64,000 nt of DNA from an uncultured Candidatus Saccharibacteria bacterium (GTDB lineage: Bacteria > Patescibacteriota > Saccharimonadia > Saccharimonadales > Saccharimonadaceae), in NCBI GenBank assembly GCA_964618945.1, contig CAZUDH010000002.1, positions 30,712 through 94,711 on the forward strand, given 5' to 3'. Below the pieces are notes generated by a model. That model did not search any database. It was not told where the DNA came from and was given only the letters and a program-made list of their open reading frames with translations. Positions 8,333 to 19,161 of the stretch are shown piece after piece. Made by a program: the position numbers and the translations under genes. The stretch's first letter is position 1; every line of letters starts with the position of its first letter.

Positions 8333-10794
8333 ATAGCCTCACTTTCTTTAAATTCTGCTTCTTCCTCTGGATACTTGTACATCATGGCATCACCAGGATC
8401 TGCACTATCTACCAGAAAGTTGCCCCTCAGCGTATTCCGCCCTATTAGTATAGGGTAGCTTTGCGTTGAACGATCAGATAGGGTGAATTTTGCGTTTAAG
8501 CGCTTTCCATGCATGCGAATTGATAAATTAACGACCAACCGTTGCTGCTCATGACCGGTCGAGCTTGTCACCTCGCGAGTCCCAACTATTGGCCTGCGAA
8601 TAACTTTTCCTGTATACCATTTCGAGCCAGCACCAAACAACTTGAACGTTACAGTATTATTTTTTACCTGTATGTCGCTTGCCCAGAGTGACGAAGTTCT
8701 GGCACCCGAATCAATCCGAGCTGGAATTTGTTTTAAATTTTTATACCCAATAAAATCAACAAATGCTGAAACGCCTATTATTTTATTTGCCTTCATGCGC
8801 TCAAGCGCTACGTGCTCAAGCGCACCAAATAACTCTTCAGCAACATCTCGAGGCTTACCCTCGGCAGGAAATTGGTGCATCCGTATCCCTGGGCATACAT
8901 TCACTTCGATTACATAGCTTTCTGCTATGTCAGTAGATCGTACGTCATTTGTTATAATATCAACCCCTGCCACGCCCAAGAAAGTAGCTTTTGCCGCCCT
9001 TACAGCAAGCTCTTTGAGCTGCTCAGATACGATATCTGTAACGTCAATGCTTTCCCCTCCCTGGCTGAGATTTGATGTCTGAAGAACAAAACAACGTTCA
9101 TTTTTTTTAGGAACATGTTGAAGAAAACCGTCTGTGTTGTGATACCGTACATCTTCAATATTGATTCTCGTCAGCTCTGCTTTATGCCCAATACCTCGCC
9201 TTGGATCCCTATTTTTCTTCCTGATTAGTTCTTCTACCGTCGAAATACCGTCGCCTAATACATTTGCAGGTATCCGTGTTGCAACTGCAATGACGTTATT
9301 ATTCAAAACAAGGAATCTATACTCATTTCCCTCAACTTGCTGCTGCAAGAGCACGTCTGGCTGCTTTACGCAAAACTTTTTCGCATGCGCGATTGCTTTT
9401 TTCATCTGTTTTGATGACGTTACACCTATACTAATTCCATTGCCATGATTTGAATCAACTGGCTTTACTACAATTTTTTTATACTTTTCTAGAAACGTAT
9501 GCGCTTCTTTCTCCGAAATATTTTTGCTTAAAACAAAACTTTCGGGTGTATGCACATGATGAGCCATGAGCAAATTATAGGTCAATACTTTATCTTCAGC
9601 AGCAAAAAGACCATACGAAGGAGTAAGGTCGGTATATAAACTTTTAAAACTAAAGCTAACACCCGGCTTACTACAATATACCATTACCGAATCTGAGGAT
9701 GGAGCACTTTCGCATAATGTAGTTGCATATCCTTTTTGCTGCGCCTTTTCCACCAACAGTCTGGTAGTGATATTCAATGTTTTATTCTTTTGCATATCTG
9801 CCATTAATGTAGCATACGAGTGCACAGATATTGCAATCAATTGAATTAGTTGAGCTGCTTGATTTGTCTGATACGGTGCTGGAACTCCAGGTTGGTCGTT
9901 CACTTCAATAAGCTTCCACCCACTAGAAGACATAAAAAAGTCCAAACTGACGAAATAATGTGAATTTACATTGGTGATTTTCTTTGTAATACTTTGCGCC
10001 AATACCTTTAGATCCTTTGGGATCATATCACTATTATAAAATTTAATCGATCCGCCATTCGCCGTATTTGCCAAAAACCCGCCCTTGACAGGCTGGCGAA
10101 CTGCCATAAGACAAATGATTCCATCTATAACATATAAACGTACGTCATGTCGTCCGTTTACAATTTTATTTACACCTCTTTTAGTCTCAACAAATTCCTG
10201 GATTATATAGTTATGCCTATTATGTAATTGAAGATGGCTAGCGACATCGTCTACAGCCATGCACTCAACGCCTTTACCGCCGTTTTCACGCAATGGCTTA
10301 ATGACTACCTTGCTACCGCTAGGAAACAACCGGATAATGGCCGTATCATCTGCCGCAAGACACGACTTAGGCATGTAAGACGCAAAGACTTCGAGACAAT
10401 TTTTTTTATTTCCAAGTTGAGCGATTTGGTAGGAATTATATACTGGATACGAGATGCTTGTTGCATCTACTTTTTCAAAAAACTCATCCTTGCGTCGATT
10501 TATTGCAACCGAAGGATTTACATTTTCGCAAACCTCTTTAAATGTTAGCTCGTTCTTGCATTCATCTTCAATCAATACGTAATATTTGCTAAATACTCCA
10601 TCGGGCAAAAGATCACAAATTTGTACATATACAATATGATTAAAGTATTTTTTTAGCGTGGTGTGCAGACATATTGTACTTGCGCGAAACTGCTTATCGG
10701 CTGAATCGATATACTTCTTATATATTCCACTCTTGTCAGATGCCATGAGTTCTGTGCAATACGCTAATATCGATAAACGGTTATCTGCCATCAT
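8329..10794 (-). CDS. Three-domain fusion: ATP-grasp (RimK/YheC-like), cyanophycin-synthetase-like ATP-grasp and RimB-like retropepsin/'Zn_protease' (DUF785) domain
   Basis: The first domain has VVIKPLRENGGKGV..IIQEFV..DVRLYVIDG..ANTANGG. The middle domain has VVKPVDSNHGNGISIGV..YRFLVLNNNVIAVATRIPANVLGDGISTVEELI..NRDPRRGIGH..LTRI, a CphA N-terminal-type pattern. The C-terminus has IPARIDSGARTSSLWA...VTSSTGHEQQRLVV...LSDRSTQSYPILIGRNTLRGNFLVD, a RimB/PF05618-type pattern. Confidence 0.75.
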   Translation of the reverse strand: MMADNRLSILAYCTELMASDKSGIYKKYIDSADKQFRASTICLHTTLKKYFNHIVYVQICDLLPDGVFSKYYVLIEDECKNELTFKEVCENVNPSVAINRRKDEFFEKVDATSISYPVYNSYQIAQLGNKKNCLEVFASYMPKSCLAADDTAIIRLFPSGSKVVIKPLRENGGKGVECMAVDDVASHLQLHNRHNYIIQEFVETKRGVNKIVNGRHDVRLYVIDGIICLMAVRQPVKGGFLANTANGGSIKFYNSDMIPKDLKVLAQSITKKITNVNSHYFVSLDFFMSSSGWKLIEVNDQPGVPAPYQTNQAAQLIQLIAISVHSYATLMADMQKNKTLNITTRLLVEKAQQKGYATTLCESAPSSDSVMVYCSKPGVSFSFKSLYTDLTPSYGLFAAEDKVLTYNLLMAHHVHTPESFVLSKNISEKEAHTFLEKYKKIVVKPVDSNHGNGISIGVTSSKQMKKAIAHAKKFCVKQPDVLLQQQVEGNEYRFLVLNNNVIAVATRIPANVLGDGISTVEELIRKKNRDPRRGIGHKAELTRINIEDVRYHNTDGFLQHVPKKNERCFVLQTSNLSQGGESIDVTDIVSEQLKELAVRAAKATFLGVAGVDIITNDVRSTDIAESYVIEVNVCPGIRMHQFPAEGKPRDVAEELFGALEHVALERMKANKIIGVSAFVDFIGYKNLKQIPARIDSGARTSSLWASDIQVKNNTVTFKLFGAGSKWYTGKVIRRPIVGTREVTSSTGHEQQRLVVNLSIRMHGKRLNAKFTLSDRSTQSYPILIGRNTLRGNFLVDSADPGDAMMYKYPEEEAEFKESEAI

Positions 10795-10866
10795 GTGTTT
10801 TTATTATTCTTTATATAAAAATAATAACATAATTTTGATAAAAATGCAATTATACTATCCTACATT

Positions 10867-11973
10867 TTAGCCAAATAGTCCTTTTTTGCGTACACCCCTA
10901 AAATCTTCGAGCAAATCTTTTTGTTTTTTGCTCAATTTAACTGGAGTATCAACAATAATGCTTACGATATGTGCACCGCGAGAATCTGCACGAAGATGTG
11001 GAACTCCATGGCCGGAAAGCTTGAAGTCGGTGCCACTCTGCGTGCCGGCCGGCACCTTCATACGAACTGACCCGTCAACTGTCTCAACATCTATCTCAGT
11101 ACCAAGTGCGGCGTCCACCATAGAAACATGCTCCTCGCTTAGTATTAAATTGCCTTCACGAGTAAACTTTTTGTGGGCTTTTACACGAACGTGTACATAT
11201 AAGTCGCCCCGAGGGCCTTGGGCCATTGCTTCACCGCGTTCCCGGAGACGAATCGTTGACCCATCATCAATTCCTGCGGGGATTTTTACCGTAATTGTCT
11301 GATCACGACGTTCGGTACCCTTGCCTTTACACATACTACAAACTTTTTCTGGTACTTTGCCACGCCCGTGACAGGTTTCGCAGGTTGCAGCCTGCTGGAT
11401 TGGCCCAAACATCGTATTCATTACGCGCACTTGTTGACCAGCGCCCTTACAGGTTTCACAAGTTTTCATGCTGCTCCCAGGCTGGATAGTAGTGCCTTTA
11501 CAGTGCGTACATTCGTCTTCCATTACAATATTGAGCTTCTTTTCAACACCGAAAACTGCATCTTCAAAACTAAGTGTTACCTGTGTTTCGACGTCACGCC
11601 CACGCTGCGGACCACGTTGACTCTGGCTACCGCCAAAAAACTGTCCGAAAATGTCACCCAGCCCGCCGTCGCCACCGAAATTAAATTCGAATCCCTGCCC
11701 ATTACCGCCAAACCCTTGAAAACCTTCAAAGGGATTGCCACCTGAGCCAGCGCTGCCACCAACACCAGCGTGACCAAATTGGTCGTAGCGCTGACGCTTC
11801 TGTTTATCTTTTAAGACCTCGTATGCTTCGTTTATCTCTTTAAATTTAGTCTCATCCCCACCTTCTTTATCTGGGTGGTACTTAACAGCCAGCTTACGAA
11901 AAGCTTTTTTTATTTCATCGTCACTAGCGCCTTTTGTAACGCCGAGGAGTTCGTAATAATCTTGTTTTGACAT
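10867..11973 (-). CDS. dnaJ: Chaperone DnaJ
   Basis: It has a J domain (DYYELLGV...KYHPDK), a G/F-rich linker, four CxxCxGxG zinc-finger repeats and a C-terminal domain. Confidence 0.95.
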   Translation of the reverse strand: MSKQDYYELLGVTKGASDDEIKKAFRKLAVKYHPDKEGGDETKFKEINEAYEVLKDKQKRQRYDQFGHAGVGGSAGSGGNPFEGFQGFGGNGQGFEFNFGGDGGLGDIFGQFFGGSQSQRGPQRGRDVETQVTLSFEDAVFGVEKKLNIVMEDECTHCKGTTIQPGSSMKTCETCKGAGQQVRVMNTMFGPIQQAATCETCHGRGKVPEKVCSMCKGKGTERRDQTITVKIPAGIDDGSTIRLRERGEAMAQGPRGDLYVHVRVKAHKKFTREGNLILSEEHVSMVDAALGTEIDVETVDGSVRMKVPAGTQSGTDFKLSGHGVPHLRADSRGAHIVSIIVDTPVKLSKKQKDLLEDFRGVRKKGLFG

Positions 11974-11992
11974 CTGTTACTAGTATAAGAAA

Positions 11993-12019
11993 TTAGCACT
12001 CGAAATTCAAGAGTGCTAA
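11993..12019 (-). promoter_or_regulatory. CIRCE operator (HrcA site) upstream of dnaJ
   Basis: This is a perfect canonical TTAGCACTC-N9-GAGTGCTAA, about 20 nt upstream of the dnaJ start. Confidence 0.9.
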
Positions 12020-12528
12020 TTATTGACCCAACTCGCCCATGTACTGTTACGAAGAAAATCGACATAGCCATATCCAGGATCACTAGTCGGAAATTGGATA
12101 GCCAGTATTGTATTCGCACTACAGGCGTTGTTGGTATCAGAGCCTCCCCAAACTGTCACTACTTTTGTAAATGAACCATTTTTCGCCACGTATGCATTTC
12201 CGCTTTTACTTTGTGCAACAAGACCGTATTGACTATCCGTCCTGCAGTAAATGAATGATGCGCCTGATCGTAATACATAGGCGCTTTTGGTGGCCCGTAC
12301 TATACTCTGTAGGCCTGCTTGACTGGCGGCTGGCGGGACACCATCCGAATCAACCATGTAGTTGCGAATCTTGTCGTTTATTGTGCGGATATCTGCCTGG
12401 ACTGTCGTGTCGTTGGCTCGATTCTGGATACCGTTGTATGCCAAAGACGCCACTGTAGCTAAAATCGCAATAACAACCACTACAATCAACAATTCGACAA
12501 TCGTGAAAGCTTTATGTTTGCTGTCCAT
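12016..12528 (-). CDS. Type IV pilin-like protein (prepilin N-terminal methylation motif)
   Basis: An AGGAGA RBS is present. The N-terminus is MDSKHKAFTIVELLIVVVVIAILA followed by a globular domain. Confidence 0.8.
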   Translation of the reverse strand: MDSKHKAFTIVELLIVVVVIAILATVASLAYNGIQNRANDTTVQADIRTINDKIRNYMVDSDGVPPAASQAGLQSIVRATKSAYVLRSGASFIYCRTDSQYGLVAQSKSGNAYVAKNGSFTKVVTVWGGSDTNNACSANTILAIQFPTSDPGYGYVDFLRNSTWASWVNN

Positions 12529-12539
12529 GCTCTTATCTC

Positions 12540-14201
12540 CTAAAAATGTTTTCGTATGTGGCTAAAACTAAAGTCCCAAGTGGCATCAGTCTTCTTGTGT
12601 GGATTGAAAATATTGTGGGGGTCATACATCCTCTTTACTTGATCCATGATGCCAACTATTTTCTTGCCATATTGCGCCTCAAGCCATGGACCACGCACCA
12701 TGCCATCGTTATGTTCACCGCTAACGCTCCCCCCGTATTTAATAACGAGGTTATTGACTTCCTTCATACATGGTTCGAGTTTAGCGCGCTCTTTAGGATC
12801 TTCGATTTTCATAAGTGGAATCACATGGAAATTGCCATCTCCCATATGGCCAGCAATCGTTGCGAACAATCGGTATTTCTTGATGATTTTTCGTAGCTTC
12901 GGCAAAAATTCTGAAAGGTGTGCTGGTGGCACAACGAAATCGTCAATAAACGGCGCGGTGTGCTTGTCTTTGACTTTGCTCCTAAGAATCTGGAAGCTGT
13001 AACGGCGCATAATCCAAAACTTTTCACTTGCGTGCTCATTTGGCGTTTCTTCAAATCCATTAATTTCGTAGCGAGCTTTGTGCTTGTTTAAATCTTTATG
13101 AAGTGCGTGCACTTTTCGTCGTACCTCCTCTTCAGTGTGGCCATTAAATTCCACCATCAACACTAGTTTTGGAATACCATGAATAAGCTGTAGGCCATCG
13201 GGGATCAGAGTTAATAGCAGATGCACAAAGCGCACAGGACCAAGCATCTTCAAGAAACTGGGCATAAACTTGATGGAAAGAAGCAACGTTTGGTCGTCGA
13301 AGCTCTCGAACGTTGCCGGCTTGTGCTTGAGCACAGTTGGTATTAGCTCGCCAAGATCATCAATATCGCGTAAAAATAATACAAGGAGTCCTGAGTGGTT
13401 TCGGTGTGGAACCAGCTTTACGGTACCTTCGCTAATCAAACCTAGTGTACCTTGTGCACCAATGAAAAGCTTTGTGAGGTCAAAAATTCCGGTTTCTCGA
13501 TTCCAGACATTCCATAGGTGATAGCCAGTTGAGTCTTTACTAACATGAGGCTTAGCCGCTTGGATTTCATCATAGTGTTTCTCAAGTAGCTCAAATGTTT
13601 GTTTGTATAGCTTCCCTTCAAAATCTGATTGGCTCATTTTGCGCACAAGTTGCTGTTTGTTGAGCGGTTTCACGACATATTCGTTGCCATCTGAAAATAC
13701 CATTTTGAGTTCGGTAACGAAATTATCTGTCTTACCATATTCAAGCGATTTTTCACCACCAGAATTATTACTCATCATACCGCCGACGCTCGCAAGATCA
13801 CGGCTCGCAGGGTAGCTTGGAAGTAATGCGCCTTTTTTCAGTGTTTCAACTTCAAAATCTTTGTACATCATCCCAGGCTGTACGGTTGCTGAGCCGCTCG
13901 ATACCTTTATGAGCTTATTCATGTGCCGCGAAACGTCAAGTACGATCGACTGACCAATCGCTCCGCCGCTCATATCGGTTCCTCGCGAGCGCGGGGTGAT
14001 ACTCAGCTCTGGGTGATCTTTTCGATGATGATTCACAAACTTGACAACGTTTTTCAGATCTTCTATATCCTTTGGAAACGCCACTAGCTCTGGCTTTAAC
14101 TCAAACAAACTGGCATCGTGACTATAGAATTCACGAGTATCATGAGATGTATCTAACTCCCCTTTAAAAATTGCACCCAGCTTTTTTACGAGATCATTCA
14201 T
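12540..14201 (-). CDS. FAD-linked oxidase (GlcD / D-lactate dehydrogenase family)
   Basis: It has an FAD_binding_4-type N-terminal half (ITPRSRGTDMSGGAIG) and a C-terminal FAD-oxidase domain (GGSVSGEHNDGMVR...MYDPHNIFNPHK). Confidence 0.85.
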   Translation of the reverse strand: MNDLVKKLGAIFKGELDTSHDTREFYSHDASLFELKPELVAFPKDIEDLKNVVKFVNHHRKDHPELSITPRSRGTDMSGGAIGQSIVLDVSRHMNKLIKVSSGSATVQPGMMYKDFEVETLKKGALLPSYPASRDLASVGGMMSNNSGGEKSLEYGKTDNFVTELKMVFSDGNEYVVKPLNKQQLVRKMSQSDFEGKLYKQTFELLEKHYDEIQAAKPHVSKDSTGYHLWNVWNRETGIFDLTKLFIGAQGTLGLISEGTVKLVPHRNHSGLLVLFLRDIDDLGELIPTVLKHKPATFESFDDQTLLLSIKFMPSFLKMLGPVRFVHLLLTLIPDGLQLIHGIPKLVLMVEFNGHTEEEVRRKVHALHKDLNKHKARYEINGFEETPNEHASEKFWIMRRYSFQILRSKVKDKHTAPFIDDFVVPPAHLSEFLPKLRKIIKKYRLFATIAGHMGDGNFHVIPLMKIEDPKERAKLEPCMKEVNNLVIKYGGSVSGEHNDGMVRGPWLEAQYGKKIVGIMDQVKRMYDPHNIFNPHKKTDATWDFSFSHIRKHF

Positions 14202-14296
14202 ACTGCTTATGATATCATCTACGGCACTGTATTTACACTCTTTTAGAAACCACGGTGCTGTTGCTGCATGTACTGTACATGGTGCATAATGGCGGC

Positions 14297-15409
14297 ATGG
14301 TCAAACGAAAAGTCTATTCTGCTCCCGCTAGCCAGCTCTGGCATTTATTTTATTACCGGTACTTCAGGTCACACAATAAGTTTGAAGGTAGTGCCGAAGA
14401 AATTAGTAGAGCAATTGTCGATAAGTGCTGGAATGGCACGTTCTACTGTACAAGTTTGGGCAATTTTGACTACTTCTGGATTCGAGATTTTGCAACCGTT
14501 GCAAAATCGTTGCGTCAGCTCGGACATGTTGATAAAGTACGCGCCACCATCTCATGGGCGCTCCAGCAGTATATGCGCCATGATGCAGTGACCCTCTGCA
14601 TTACGCCTGCCGGAATGTTATTCGACGCACCTAAGCGTGGTATTGATACACTACCTTCGCTAATCCACTGCATATGGGTAGCAAAATATGAGCTCGACGA
14701 GCACGAACGTAATTTTCTTGAACGCAAGCTCCAGGAATATATCGAGGATTACCTTAACCCTGCCACTGGGATGTTATTACCCAAGTCAGATGATGCCGAA
14801 CTACGTGATGGCGTAATATACGATCGCAGCGCCTATGCCGTTGCTATGGTAGAACGAATGGCATGGGCATGTGAGCATCTCGGACTGCAATCATTCCCAT
14901 ATTCGCACATGGTCTATCGACAAGAGCTTCTTCTGCATTATTGGAATGGTGACTATTTTAATGCCGACTTTAATAATACTGCCTTCAGCGCCGAGTGCGC
15001 GCTAATCCCTTTTATCATGCGCTCTGTTGAAGACACTGAAAAGTTGAACAAAACGCTCGATTATATTCGCGACCACCATATTGCTGAGCCGTATGCTATG
15101 AAATATACGGATACACCGAAACGTTTCCATTATCGACTATGGGCACGCACTGTCATGCGCAATTATGCTGGTGATACCATTTGGACGTGGCATGGTGCAT
15201 ATTACTTACGATTGCTCTGGGGACAAGGCCGGCCAGAAGCTGCCGAAAACGAGGCGAAATTTGCGAGTATGATTGAAAAGTATCACACCTTTCCCGAGCT
15301 TTTGCGTCCCAATGGTTCGCTCTATAATTCATTGCTTTACAAAAGCAGTGAGGGTATGATTTGGGCAGCGATTTTCCTTACCATTGATAGCTACAAACCA
15401 AAATCATAG
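14297..15409 (+). CDS. Hypothetical protein, possibly an (alpha/alpha)6 six-hairpin glycosidase-like fold
   Basis: The ORF extends to a GTG at 14255, but the ATG at 14297 leaves room for divergent promoters. The FDYFWIRDF motif and W/Y-rich repeats are reminiscent of GH15/GDE-type enzymes. The family call is weak. Confidence 0.5.
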   Translation: MVKRKVYSAPASQLWHLFYYRYFRSHNKFEGSAEEISRAIVDKCWNGTFYCTSLGNFDYFWIRDFATVAKSLRQLGHVDKVRATISWALQQYMRHDAVTLCITPAGMLFDAPKRGIDTLPSLIHCIWVAKYELDEHERNFLERKLQEYIEDYLNPATGMLLPKSDDAELRDGVIYDRSAYAVAMVERMAWACEHLGLQSFPYSHMVYRQELLLHYWNGDYFNADFNNTAFSAECALIPFIMRSVEDTEKLNKTLDYIRDHHIAEPYAMKYTDTPKRFHYRLWARTVMRNYAGDTIWTWHGAYYLRLLWGQGRPEAAENEAKFASMIEKYHTFPELLRPNGSLYNSLLYKSSEGMIWAAIFLTIDSYKPKS

Positions 15410-15422
15410 GTATACTATAGCT

Positions 15423-15797
15423 ATGAAATACGAAGGAACCAAACTGATAGACTTTACGCCCATTAGCAAAGTGGATGAACTAGAAATTATCGATATTGAA
15501 GCAGGTACCGGTGCGGTCGTAGAACCAGGCGCTACCGTCACCGTTCACTATACGGGCGCACTCTGCAAAAATGGTATTATTTTCCAAAGCTCACACGATT
15601 TTGGTAAATCTATTAGTTTTGGCCTCAACCAAGTGATCAAAGGTTGGACCGAAGGCCTACCCGGTATGAAAGTTGGTGGCATGCGCCGACTCGTCATCCC
15701 AAGCGAAATGGCCTACAGCTCCGCCCGTGCTGCGAGCAATATTCCACCAAATAGTGATTTGGTGTTTGATATTGAGCTTATGGCAATACGCATCTAG
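15423..15797 (+). CDS. FKBP-type peptidyl-prolyl cis-trans isomerase
   Basis: It shows VTVHYTGAL..NG..FQSS...G..ISFGLNQVIKGWTEGLPGMKVGGMRRLVIPSEMAY. The ATG at 15423 is preferred over the upstream in-frame extension. Confidence 0.85.
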   Translation: MKYEGTKLIDFTPISKVDELEIIDIEAGTGAVVEPGATVTVHYTGALCKNGIIFQSSHDFGKSISFGLNQVIKGWTEGLPGMKVGGMRRLVIPSEMAYSSARAASNIPPNSDLVFDIELMAIRI

Positions 15798-15958
15798 CTC
15801 GGGTGCAACGCTTGTGGTTGCAGATTAGTCCTTTCAACTGTGACGTCTAGTTTGCAACCGATTTTTTTTCATCGATGCTTCCTAGTAATGATACGTAAAG
15901 TATTAGTGTGGTAGGAAAACTTGATTACAAACGGCCCAAACCGTATACTATAAGCGCT

Positions 15959-16588
15959 ATGAAGATACTTAAACATCCTGGATTTACGCTCGTAGAGTTG
16001 CTCATCGTTATTGTTGTGATTGCCATACTCGCAGCTATATCTGTCGTTGCATATTCCAACGTACAAAATCGTGCCTATAATAGTACGGTTGCAACTACGG
16101 CAGCATCCATAGCCAAAGGGTTTCAACTGTACAAAATCCAAAACGGTCACTTACCGCTTCATCAGCCCGATAATGACTCGAACACTGGTAACATTTCTGG
16201 AATATGCGTCAGTAGTGTCATGCCGGATATTGCCAGCGAAGGGCCTGAGAATGAATGTATATGTTCAAGATTTTCAAATGATTCTCCATGGAGTTGTTCA
16301 TCATCAGGATATACCGTAACAGACATTGCTAACGAGCTAAAACCAGTGTTTACATTGCCTGATACAAGCAAGTATGTCGTTAAGAGTGACAATACAGCGT
16401 GGCGCGGTATAGTATATAGCGCCAGAGATGGTGACGCAGAACCTCACGCTGAGGAAGGCTATCTATACTATAACCTTAGAGGAAACGTTGAATGCCCCAC
16501 AGGCGTCCCCGGTGGAATGATTGAAAGCTACTTTTTTTCTGGTGATATGCCCTATGGTGGCGTAACCTCATGCACAATTAACCTATAG
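15959..16588 (+). CDS. Type IV pilin-like protein
   Basis: MKILKHPGFTLVELLIVIVVIAILAAISVVAY is a class III signal peptide/methylation motif. The ATG at 15959 is preferred over the ORF-track start at 15908. Confidence 0.8.
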   Translation: MKILKHPGFTLVELLIVIVVIAILAAISVVAYSNVQNRAYNSTVATTAASIAKGFQLYKIQNGHLPLHQPDNDSNTGNISGICVSSVMPDIASEGPENECICSRFSNDSPWSCSSSGYTVTDIANELKPVFTLPDTSKYVVKSDNTAWRGIVYSARDGDAEPHAEEGYLYYNLRGNVECPTGVPGGMIESYFFSGDMPYGGVTSCTINL

Positions 16589-16616
16589 TATACCTAGCCG
16601 ATTATCCTCGGTCAAA

Positions 16617-16641
16617 AAGCACCTCTGTTATACAGAGGTGC
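16617..16641. terminator. Bidirectional terminator between the pilin gene and dnaK
   Basis: A 10-bp stem (agcacctctg/cagaggtgct) has an A5 run on the left, which reads as T5 on the minus strand after dnaK. Confidence 0.65.
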
Positions 16642-16662
16642 TCGCCGTATTTTACTCAAGCT

Positions 16663-18546
16663 CTACTTTTCGTCGACGACTTCACCTTCGACTGGTTCGT
16701 CCTTGTCGGACTTCTTCTCACTATCGTCTGGTTTTACTTCCTCGCTTGCGGCTTGGTAGAGCTTGGCGCCAATTGGCATAATAGCATCGTTCAACGCTTT
16801 AATTGCAGCCTCAAGTTCGTCTTTATCGTCGCTTGAGGTCTTTTCCTCGGCAGCCTTTACGGCTTCTTCGATTGCATTTTTGTCATCGTCAGAAATCTTG
16901 TCCTTAAATTCATCAGGCATTTTTTTGGCTTGGTAAATGGCATTTTCGAGGCCGTTTTTGGCATCGACGACTTCGCGCTTTTTCTTGTCATCGTCTGCGT
17001 GTGCTTCTGCTTCTTTTTGCGCTTTCTCAATGTCGTCTTTAGACATATTGCCACTGCCCTGAATGGTGATACTTTGCTCTTTACCGGTTCCCTTATCTTT
17101 GGCCGTTACGTTCAAAATGCCATTCGCATCGATGTTAAACGTCACTTCAATTTGTGGCACGCCGCGTGGCGCAGGTGCAATGCCATCCAAGATAAATCGA
17201 CCAAGCGATTTGTTGTCGTTCGCAAACTCGCGCTCACCCTGCAACACGTTGATTTCTACTTGCGGCTGGTTGTCGCTCGCCGTTGAATAGATTTCACTTT
17301 TGCTAGTGGGTATAGTCGTGTTTCGCTCTATTAGTTTGTGCGTTACGCCGCCCATTGTTTCGATACCAAGCGACAATGGTGTTACGTCGAGCAGCAATAC
17401 ATCCTTTACATCACCAGCTAGCACACCGCCCTGGATCGCGGCACCCATGGCAACAACTTCGTCTGGGTTCACACCTTGCATTGGGTCTTTACCAAAAATC
17501 TTCTTTACTTTTTCAACCACAGCCGGCATACGAGTCATACCGCCCACAAGCACGATTTCATTGATGTCACTTGCCTTTAGCTTGGCATCCTTGAGTGCTT
17601 TTTCTACCGGACCGGCAGTTTTGTCGATAAGCTCTGCAACTAGATCTTCCAGCTTGGCCCGAGTCAGAGTATATTCAAAGTGCTTCGGCCCATCAGCATC
17701 AGCCGTAATGAATGGCAAATTAATCTCAACTTGCGTGGTAGTCGAAAGTTCCTTCTTGGCTTTTTCGGCTTCGTCCTTTAGACGCTGCAAGGCTGCGTTG
17801 TCTTTCTTAAGATCAATGCCTTCGGTGTTTTTGAACTGATCAATAAAGTGATCCACGATGCGGTTGTCGAAGTCTTCACCGCCAAGGTGTGTGTCACCAT
17901 TGGTACTTTTTACTTCAAATACGCCGTCTCCAAGTTCAAGTACAGAAACGTCAAAGGTACCGCCACCAAGGTCAAATACCACTATTTTTTCTTCCTTGCC
18001 CTTATCTAGACCATACGCAAGTGCGGCCGCAGTTGGTTCGTTGATAATACGCTTGACTTCAAGACCTGCAATTTTCCCAGCGTCTTTAGTAGCTTGGCGC
18101 TGCGCGTCGTCAAAGTAGGCAGGTACCGTAATAACTGCCTCAGTAACTGGTTCACCCAAATGCTTTTCGGCATCAGTCTTGAGTTTCGTCAAGATCATGG
18201 CCGATACTTCTTCTGGCGTGTAGTCGGTGCCGCCCATTTTTACAGCTACGCCATTTTTGTGCTTTACAATCTCGAATGGCATAATGCCGATGTCATTTTG
18301 CACTTCTTTATCGCCAAATTTACGACCGATCAAACGCTTTACGCCATAAATCGTATTTTTTGCGTTCGTAACACGTTGACGCTGTGCCACTTGGCCAACC
18401 AAACGATCACCTTTTTTAGTGACGGCTACCACGCTTGGTGTTGTACGGTTACCTTCAGCATTTGCTATCACTTCTGCTTTGCCTGCCACCATGTAGGCAA
18501 CAGCGCTGTTTGTCGTACCGAGGTCGATACCGATAATTTTACCCAT
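16663..18546 (-). CDS. dnaK: Chaperone DnaK (Hsp70)
   Basis: Full-length Hsp70 signatures are present: [27 protein letters not shown]. Confidence 0.97.
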   Translation of the reverse strand: MGKIIGIDLGTTNSAVAYMVAGKAEVIANAEGNRTTPSVVAVTKKGDRLVGQVAQRQRVTNAKNTIYGVKRLIGRKFGDKEVQNDIGIMPFEIVKHKNGVAVKMGGTDYTPEEVSAMILTKLKTDAEKHLGEPVTEAVITVPAYFDDAQRQATKDAGKIAGLEVKRIINEPTAAALAYGLDKGKEEKIVVFDLGGGTFDVSVLELGDGVFEVKSTNGDTHLGGEDFDNRIVDHFIDQFKNTEGIDLKKDNAALQRLKDEAEKAKKELSTTTQVEINLPFITADADGPKHFEYTLTRAKLEDLVAELIDKTAGPVEKALKDAKLKASDINEIVLVGGMTRMPAVVEKVKKIFGKDPMQGVNPDEVVAMGAAIQGGVLAGDVKDVLLLDVTPLSLGIETMGGVTHKLIERNTTIPTSKSEIYSTASDNQPQVEINVLQGEREFANDNKSLGRFILDGIAPAPRGVPQIEVTFNIDANGILNVTAKDKGTGKEQSITIQGSGNMSKDDIEKAQKEAEAHADDDKKKREVVDAKNGLENAIYQAKKMPDEFKDKISDDDKNAIEEAVKAAEEKTSSDDKDELEAAIKALNDAIMPIGAKLYQAASEEVKPDDSEKKSDKDEPVEGEVVDEK

Positions 18547-18595
18547 GAGTTTTCCTCCTATTTTGTTATAAAGTGACGAATTTCTTATTCATATT

Positions 18596-18622
18596 TTAGC
18601 ACTCCTCGCAGGATAGTGCCAA
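18596..18622 (-). promoter_or_regulatory. Imperfect CIRCE-like element upstream of dnaK
   Basis: The sequence is TTAGCACTC-N9-TAGTGCCAA. The left half is canonical and the right half has two mismatches. Confidence 0.6.
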
Positions 18623-18645
18623 AATCTACCCCTATAGTAGCAAAA

Positions 18646-18672
18646 TTGGCACTCTCATGTCAAGAGTGCCAA
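18646..18672 (-). promoter_or_regulatory. CIRCE-variant operator between grpE and dnaK
   Basis: This is a perfect inverted repeat, TTGGCACTC-N9-GAGTGCCAA. It differs from consensus by one symmetric A-to-G/T-to-C change. Confidence 0.75.
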
Positions 18673-18695
18673 TTTATGTTTTTGCTCAACTTGGA

Positions 18696-19160
18696 TTATT
18701 TGCGGGTGACTTCAACCATGGCATGGCGTACCGGACGACCGTTCAGTAAATAGCCAACCTGTAGTTCTTTGGCGATGACTTCTTGTTCGCCCTCGGCCTC
18801 TTCATCAAACTTAATCGCTTGGTGAAGCTCAGGGTCAAATTGCGTTCCAGGCTTTGCTTCTATGCGCCGGAGGTTCATACCAGCAAGTGCAGTATCGAGC
18901 TGTTTAATCAAACTGCCCACGCCTTTCATCCATGGGTGTTCGGCAATGTCGTTTGGAATATGCAAAATGGCGCGTTCAATCGTATCGACAACCGGAAGAA
19001 GCTTAAGCACGGCGGCAGTCTGACCATTTTCACGGGCTACCAATTTTTCTTGTTCGACCATTTTGCGATAGTTTTCAAAATCTGCCCGCATACGTTGTAG
19101 ATCTGCAAGTAATTCGGCGTTCTTTTGCTCAAGAGCCTGTACTTTTGAATTCTTTGTCAT
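18696..19160 (-). CDS. grpE: Nucleotide exchange factor GrpE
   Basis: It has the coiled-coil N-terminus (LLADLQRMRADFENYRK) and the GrpE C-terminal beta domain. It sits between hrcA and dnaK. Confidence 0.9.
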   Translation of the reverse strand: MTKNSKVQALEQKNAELLADLQRMRADFENYRKMVEQEKLVARENGQTAAVLKLLPVVDTIERAILHIPNDIAEHPWMKGVGSLIKQLDTALAGMNLRRIEAKPGTQFDPELHQAIKFDEEAEGEQEVIAKELQVGYLLNGRPVRHAMVEVTRK

Positions 19161-19161
19161 A

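Noticed and set aside
16857-18576. Multiple long ORFs antisense to, or out of frame with, dnaK. The same occurs over ftsH (24184-25725), the FAD oxidase and murJ.
   Set aside because: They are shadow ORFs of highly expressed, codon-biased genes. Their translations are low-complexity and the sense genes are unambiguous.
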